Of a stretch of 64,000 nucleotides of DNA, positions 58,989-64,000 are shown piece after piece. Position numbers and translations under genes: made by a program. This DNA comes from an uncultured Candidatus Poseidoniales archaeon (GTDB taxonomy: Archaea > Thermoplasmatota > Poseidoniia > Poseidoniales > Thalassarchaeaceae): contig CAZUBQ010000001.1 in the NCBI GenBank assembly GCA_964618995.1, positions 83,632-147,631 of the forward strand, in the 5' to 3' direction. The notes under the pieces were generated by a model that was given only the letters and a program-made list of their open reading frames with translations, did no database searches and was not told the DNA's origin. Every line of letters starts with the position of its first letter. The stretch's first letter is position 1.

Positions 58989-61900
58989 TCAGTTATTCGT
59001 GTCTGACTCGGGTGGGTGTAGTTCATCATCCTCATCAACCGCAGAATCCTCTGGCACTTCATCATCCAACTCACCGATGACACCGGACACATCGACCTCG
59101 TCGAGCAGGTCGAAATCGGCCTCGTCGGTTGGCGGGGGGCCAATCGGTCCGATGCTAGAAGTCATCTTCATCGCCTCGATGTCATCCAATCCCTCGTAGT
59201 CTAGTTTCTCGTAGTCGTCGAGGAACAACTCCGGGTCAAGTGGTGTTCCTATAGGGTGGGTATCGGGCCCGCTACGTTGTCTGCGCTGCCAGAAGACGAG
59301 CAGTAGCAGCAGACCAGCTATGCTCGCCATGTTTGCCAGCGATCCGGGTTCGCTCACCTTCGCTGTCATTGTGTTCTCAGGGGCGATGGCGACAGCCTCA
59401 AGTTCGATTATCTGGTTGTTACCCGCCAAATCCGAAACCCGCAGGGATGCATCCCAGTGACCAGGCCTGGCGATTTCCGAAATATCGAACCAAAGAGTCT
59501 GCTCCCCCGGAGACCCTCCGGTCATGCTATGCTCTATCTCCCGCTCTCGCTCGATCAACAGCGACCAATCAACTATGTCGTCGTCGAGGAAGTCCACCCT
59601 GAGAATCAACTCGCAGTCGGCCATCGGCTCAGGCCGGAACACCGAGGGCACAGGCTCGGGATCACATCGATTGAGGTCCCACTCCAAGCGCGCCTGAGGC
59701 GCTCGGCGGTCAATCGTCAGATTTTGAGCCCGCCACCCGAGGTTACCGGCGATGTCGGTGCTGCTGACATTGAGCAGCCACAGACCATCCACCCCTGGTA
59801 GGTCGATGCGAACCGTGTAGGTTCCCACGTCTGTACAGGAAGCAGAAGCGGACTCGTCGGCTATGCGCACGTCGACCTCAAGCCCGGGTTGACACCCCCC
59901 GGTGACCTCCATGGACCAATTCGACGTATGCAACCCGCGCGGGGGTGAGTCAATCGTCAGTTGAGGTGGTTGGGTATCCAGATGGACCTCTAGCAGGAAC
60001 ACGAACATATGTTCGAGCGCCGACATGTCGAAGCGGATGTGGTTTTCACCCTCCAACAACTGCACAGGGACTGATATGTCACCAGCGTCAGTACTGCCAC
60101 TCGACATAGGAATCCAGGTCGAGTTGACCAAACGGCTCCAGGACCAGGACTGGTCCGGACCGAGGTACAGGTCGGCGTGCAACGTTGGTGTATTTACAAC
60201 GCTGCCATTCCATTCGGCCGTCAGAGTGGGGAAGTAGATCTCTGGAGGTAGTAAGACGGTGATGCACTCGAGCACAGTGTTCGGGTCGGGGCCAAAGGAC
60301 AGGTCGACAGCGTAGATGCATATCTCGTGTTCGCCTACGCTCTCAAGCGCCAATGAGGTGGAGGAAGTGATCGTGTGCTGCGAGGTGACAGTGGTCGCAG
60401 CCAGACCGTCGATGAGCACCTGCACTCGTGCCGGCTCGGAGATGTTCCACTCGACGACGAACTCATGATGCAGCAGGGTGACGTTGTTCGCTGGTGTTAT
60501 CCAGCCCACCTCGGGCGAGGTACGATCTAGTTCCAAGGTGAAGTTCTCATGACCCCAGTTCTCGGCGAAGTCGAGCAACTCGACCTCCACCTGATACTCT
60601 CCATCGAGGAGTTGTGACTGGTTCACCTCGAATTCGAAGGTGACGTGTGCCCACGGGTCTTGTTCTCTCGCAGATGTTGTTTCGCCACCGCGCAGATGGG
60701 CGCCGTTGTCATCACCCCATGGAGGTGTCTGCTGGTGCTCACAATCCCGGTAGTAAGAGAATCCTGACTCATCTAGCAGACGAATGCACATCCTTCTCGT
60801 GTCGAATATCGATTCCAGATGCAGCAGCATCGGCCCTGTCCTTGCGTTGAGGGCTCCGTTGAAGTCGCTGTCAATGCCATCGAACGGTGGCCATGCCCAA
60901 CTTCCGTTCGGTGAATCACCGGTCGTCTGCACGAACTTGACCTGCTTGTCAACCTGAGGCGGCAGATCATTGGTGGGTCCTATCTCGTCATAGACGATGT
61001 CGAACTCTAGTTGGTTCCAGTTACCGGCCAGATCCAGAGCATCGACCCTGAAGGTGTTCAAGCCAACCCACTCCCAAGTGGTAACGTCGGCAGAATCACC
61101 TGCGACATTCGACCATTCGCTCGGATTCAACGACAGCGACAGATTAGCCCTGCCGCTAGAGTCGACGAGATGCTCGATTCCATCGACCCATATGCGTGAG
61201 CCCACATCGGACTGCACCCAGAGCCAGTCTGGGTTGGAGACATTCGTCAGCAGAGTCCAACCATACAGGATGATCGGGGGGGCGACGGTGTCATACTCCA
61301 CCATCAGGATGGTCTGGTTCAGTTTGCCGAAGTTGTCCGAGACATTTGCCCAGAATGTGCGCCACCCTTCGTCTGTAGGGAGGGTCAAGTTGACCCACGC
61401 GGCGCGCATCAGTGCCTCCTCGTAGAGGGTTGAGGTCGTCTCGTTCTTCCCTAATGGGGTGTAGAGCCAGTCGTCGATGATGATAATCCGGTCGACGCTG
61501 AGGCCATCCTCAAGCATCCACAGGCTGAACACATGCCTTCCAGCAGCCTGCACCATGAAGGTCGCCACCTGGCTCTGGTTGTTCGCCCACCCGCTCGCTG
61601 CCCAGTCCCACTGGCCATCCACACTGGTAGCCTCGACCAATCCGAGCTGCTGGCCGTCGATTCCGTAACGGATAGAGTCACCATTCGCATCTGGCGCGCT
61701 CAAGCGTAGCCAAACGTAGTACTGACCGGGGCTGTTGAAATCTATAGAATAGTCCAAGCGTGAGCCGATATTGATGTTCGCACCATCATCGGGCGTTGCG
61801 TTCAAATGGCCTGTACCCGAATATCCGGGGACGGAGGAGTTGACTTCCCAGGTGTGGTTCGAGGGGTCCCCGAGTGCAGAATCCGTATAGGACTCCGCTT

Positions 61901-64000
61901 CGATCACCAACTTACCTGATGTCTCGGAGTAATGTGTGCCATTGGCCAGGCTCGCGCCGCTGTTCCAGTGCTTCCATGAAGCGGTGAAGTCCCGGCTGTC
62001 GCTGGTGTACGACTCGATTCCCTCCACCGAAATCGTCAGGTTGTCCCAGAGCATCGAAGGGTCACCCTCCAAACTCAATGAGGACAGGTTGAACCCGTCG
62101 CCGATATCGCTGGTGGCGAGGTTGACCGGCAGTGTCGCATTGGTGCGCGTGCCATTGAGGGGGGTCGAGAAGACCAGTTCAGGCGGATAGTCGAGCAGTT
62201 GGTAGTCGTATTCGAGCCTGACCTTGCCTCCAGATGCGAGTTCGAGGACAATCCAACCGCGCCAGTCGCCCGGTTCAGCGGGCATGCCATAGTCGACGAC
62301 AACGTCGAATGCTGTGACCGGCATCCTCCCTGCTAGCACGCTGCTGCCGTTGGGGAATCGGCTCTGGATGGTCGTGCTGTTCAACTCGGTGAGATTGGTC
62401 ACAGTGAGCAGGTCACCGGAGACGATGGTGCGCTTGAGCATGAAGTTGGCTGAACCATTGGGAACATCGAACCCATTGACCACCGCCCACCATGTCCCGT
62501 CATCAGGGTTCTCGATTGTGATCTCCTCGTCTGAATTCCAATTGCCTGAGACATCTATCTGCTCGCCACCCCAGTTGATGTTGCCATCGCCGTTCTTGTC
62601 GTGGTAGAGCGCCAGATCCAAATCGGTGCGCGGCGCGCTAGAATCGATCTCGATGCGCAGCATCACCGCATCGTCGACCGTGAATTGGTGGCGATATGAC
62701 GAGCTCGACCATCCACCTGGGGTGTCCTGCAGCGCGGTTTCGGTGGGCAGCAAGGTAGGCTGCGTCCACCCGTATCCGGTCACTGAGGCAATGTCCAACC
62801 CCATGGTTGAACCGAAGGTCACCACTTCCTGACCTGTGGCGTCGTTCCAGTCACGTACGACACGAGACAGCGTCCCGTCGATTGACGCCACATAGCCGAC
62901 CGATATGTTCAGCGGGTTGTCGTTGGTGTTCACTCCGTGCATCGCCGAATGCAGCATCATCTGCTTCAGCCCGGGTGTCGCTTCGGCCACCAGCACCTCG
63001 TGGCTGCTTCCTGTCGAGGTCTCCCAATCGTAGATACCGCTGCCGACGTCCATGTTGCGCGACGACACCTCGGGCTCGAGGTTCACCGGCCCATACGCTG
63101 CTGGATCATCGAGTTGGAACGGATGGCCACGCTCTGACATCCAATGCACGTCGACGTCGGTGTAGCTGTTGTTTGGCCAGTCGACATCGATGACAATCGC
63201 CCCATCACCTGACATGTTCTGCGGCCAATCGAACGAGAGGAACTTCCAGTCTCCCGATTCAGAGCGCCATCCCCAGCGCTGCGCCCCCTGCAACCAAGTC
63301 TCAGTGTAGAGCGTCTGGTTGCTGACGTTGCCGTCGATTGGCTTCGGGCGCAGGTCTAGCGGCCCGGGAGATGCGACGTTGACGACCACCGGTAGGGGCC
63401 AGTCCCTTAGGTGGGTGCCATTAGCGGTGTATGTGGAGATGCGGATCTGCTCCTGATGAATCCCGGGCAGTGCATCGGCGGGCACGTTGACGCTGCAGTT
63501 GAACCACCCGCTGCCATTCGGAGACAGCTGAACCGAATTCGAGCACGGGCTCAGCCAGGTGTTATTGACATCGGGTCCGAACGCCGTCCAATCGACATCT
63601 ATCGGCAATGGTTCCTTGGTACCGACCTGTGCTTCGTGTCTGTAGACCCCTAGTATGATTCCATCCCCGCCCCGTTCCAGCGGCCAGCCCGCGCGGGTCT
63701 CTGATTGCCCCGTCTGATACGTGTGCGCCGACAGGGTGGAGTACTCATTGCCGCCCTCCATCTCATCGCCATCGACGTATCCGTCACCGTCGGTGTCGTT
63801 CCACCAGATACCATCTCCGTCGACATCGTGCCAACTGAACAGCTCCACATAGACCCGATTCTCAGACTGCCTGTTCTGATCGTTGTCGAATCCCTCGCCG
63901 TTCATCGCAGCCCGCGCCCTGATGAGTGAGGTTCCGTTGGGAATCGACAGGTTGGCATCGCCTTCGATATGGATAGGGATGAAGATGTCCGGCCTACCTC
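58989..64000 (-). CDS. Second giant surface protein (5' end beyond window): multi-domain, sequon-rich, PPC- and lectin/CBM-like modules, C-terminal TM and acidic cytoplasmic tail
   Basis: The reading frame is open to the window edge upstream of the annotated Met. A PPC-like segment (DLDLALYHDKNGDGN...GTWWAVVNGF) and a CBM6/35-like segment (EAESYTDS...GYSGTGHL...GQYYVWLRLSA) are present. C-terminal IAGLLLLLVFW + RRQR + ~110-aa acidic tail. Confidence 0.65.
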   Translation of the reverse strand, partial: GRPDIFIPIHIEGDANLSIPNGTSLIRARAAMNGEGFDNDQNRQSENRVYVELFSWHDVDGDGIWWNDTDGDGYVDGDEMEGGNEYSTLSAHTYQTGQSETRAGWPLERGGDGIILGVYRHEAQVGTKEPLPIDVDWTAFGPDVNNTWLSPCSNSVQLSPNGSGWFNCSVNVPADALPGIHQEQIRISTYTANGTHLRDWPLPVVVNVASPGPLDLRPKPIDGNVSNQTLYTETWLQGAQRWGWRSESGDWKFLSFDWPQNMSGDGAIVIDVDWPNNSYTDVDVHWMSERGHPFQLDDPAAYGPVNLEPEVSSRNMDVGSGIYDWETSTGSSHEVLVAEATPGLKQMMLHSAMHGVNTNDNPLNISVGYVASIDGTLSRVVRDWNDATGQEVVTFGSTMGLDIASVTGYGWTQPTLLPTETALQDTPGGWSSSSYRHQFTVDDAVMLRIEIDSSAPRTDLDLALYHDKNGDGNINWGGEQIDVSGNWNSDEEITIENPDDGTWWAVVNGFDVPNGSANFMLKRTIVSGDLLTVTNLTELNSTTIQSRFPNGSSVLAGRMPVTAFDVVVDYGMPAEPGDWRGWIVLELASGGKVRLEYDYQLLDYPPELVFSTPLNGTRTNATLPVNLATSDIGDGFNLSSLSLEGDPSMLWDNLTISVEGIESYTSDSRDFTASWKHWNSGASLANGTHYSETSGKLVIEAESYTDSALGDPSNHTWEVNSSVPGYSGTGHLNATPDDGANINIGSRLDYSIDFNSPGQYYVWLRLSAPDANGDSIRYGIDGQQLGLVEATSVDGQWDWAASGWANNQSQVATFMVQAAGRHVFSLWMLEDGLSVDRIIIIDDWLYTPLGKNETTSTLYEEALMRAAWVNLTLPTDEGWRTFWANVSDNFGKLNQTILMVEYDTVAPPIILYGWTLLTNVSNPDWLWVQSDVGSRIWVDGIEHLVDSSGRANLSLSLNPSEWSNVAGDSADVTTWEWVGLNTFRVDALDLAGNWNQLEFDIVYDEIGPTNDLPPQVDKQVKFVQTTGDSPNGSWAWPPFDGIDSDFNGALNARTGPMLLHLESIFDTRRMCIRLLDESGFSYYRDCEHQQTPPWGDDNGAHLRGGETTSAREQDPWAHVTFEFEVNQSQLLDGEYQVEVELLDFAENWGHENFTLELDRTSPEVGWITPANNVTLLHHEFVVEWNISEPARVQVLIDGLAATTVTSQHTITSSTSLALESVGEHEICIYAVDLSFGPDPNTVLECITVLLPPEIYFPTLTAEWNGSVVNTPTLHADLYLGPDQSWSWSRLVNSTWIPMSSGSTDAGDISVPVQLLEGENHIRFDMSALEHMFVFLLEVHLDTQPPQLTIDSPPRGLHTSNWSMEVTGGCQPGLEVDVRIADESASASCTDVGTYTVRIDLPGVDGLWLLNVSSTDIAGNLGWRAQNLTIDRRAPQARLEWDLNRCDPEPVPSVFRPEPMADCELILRVDFLDDDIVDWSLLIEREREIEHSMTGGSPGEQTLWFDISEIARPGHWDASLRVSDLAGNNQIIELEAVAIAPENTMTAKVSEPGSLANMASIAGLLLLLVFWQRRQRSGPDTHPIGTPLDPELFLDDYEKLDYEGLDDIEAMKMTSSIGPIGPPPTDEADFDLLDEVDVSGVIGELDDEVPEDSAVDEDDELHPPESDTNN

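Noticed and set aside
54958-64000. Possible PGF-CTERM/archaeosortase sorting signals on the giant surface proteins
   Set aside because: Each C-terminal TM helix is followed by ~100 additional acidic residues rather than a short basic stop-transfer tail, and the pre-TM motif is PTF / PGS rather than PGF. This does not fit the canonical ArtA substrate signature.
1-64000. CRISPR arrays, transposases/integrases, rRNA
   Set aside because: I saw no regularly spaced direct repeats, no IS-like inverted terminal repeats and no rRNA-like segments. The window looks like conserved core chromosome.

Overview
This 64 kb window is a high-GC (~60%), gene-dense stretch of an archaeal chromosome. I found no rRNA, CRISPR array, transposase or integrase, and I could not call tRNAs reliably by eye. 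The archaeal assignment rests on aEF-2, r-proteins S12, S7 and L37ae, the exosome/proteasome superoperon, TiaS, aIF-5A, RFC large subunit and archaeal-type ProRS and GlyRS. The lineage is probably a marine Thermoplasmatota-like archaeon; this is inference from acidic proteins and giant sequon-rich adhesins carrying thrombospondin type-3 repeats. Nearly all content is core housekeeping, with many 4-nt start/stop overlaps.

Main features:
- An S12-S7-EF2 operon.
- A superoperon on the minus strand running PsmA, SBDS, Rrp4, Rrp41, Rrp42, L37ae, Pcc1, prefoldin beta, a DHH phosphoesterase and a hypothetical.
- An isoprenoid module: isopentenyl phosphate kinase followed by a type-1 IPP isomerase fused to a GGPP synthase, with a UbiD-family decarboxylase nearby.
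- Aminoacyl-tRNA synthetases ProRS and GlyRS, plus CoaBC, thiolase, Hbd, PurB, Dph6-like, TrmY, SurE, TrkAH and SRP54.
- GmhA/GmhB heptose genes placed divergently from an archaeosortase-like membrane protein.
- A 1769-aa Lhr-type helicase with a very long C-terminal region, preceded by a 2x[4Fe-4S] ferredoxin.

Most unusual candidates:
(i) an actin-fold ATPase immediately downstream of a double zinc-ribbon protein, with a G8 tract in the putative promoter;
(ii) two tandem giant surface proteins (more than 1330 and more than 1630 aa), each with a C-terminal TM helix plus a ~100-aa acidic cytoplasmic tail;
(iii) the IDI1::GGPPS fusion;
(iv) a RecA/KaiC-like protein whose Walker-A lysine is replaced.

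Many long antisense ORFs in the six-frame track are GC artefacts and were rejected. Many ORF-track starts translate TTG/GTG as M; where homology indicated it, I moved starts to internal ATGs.
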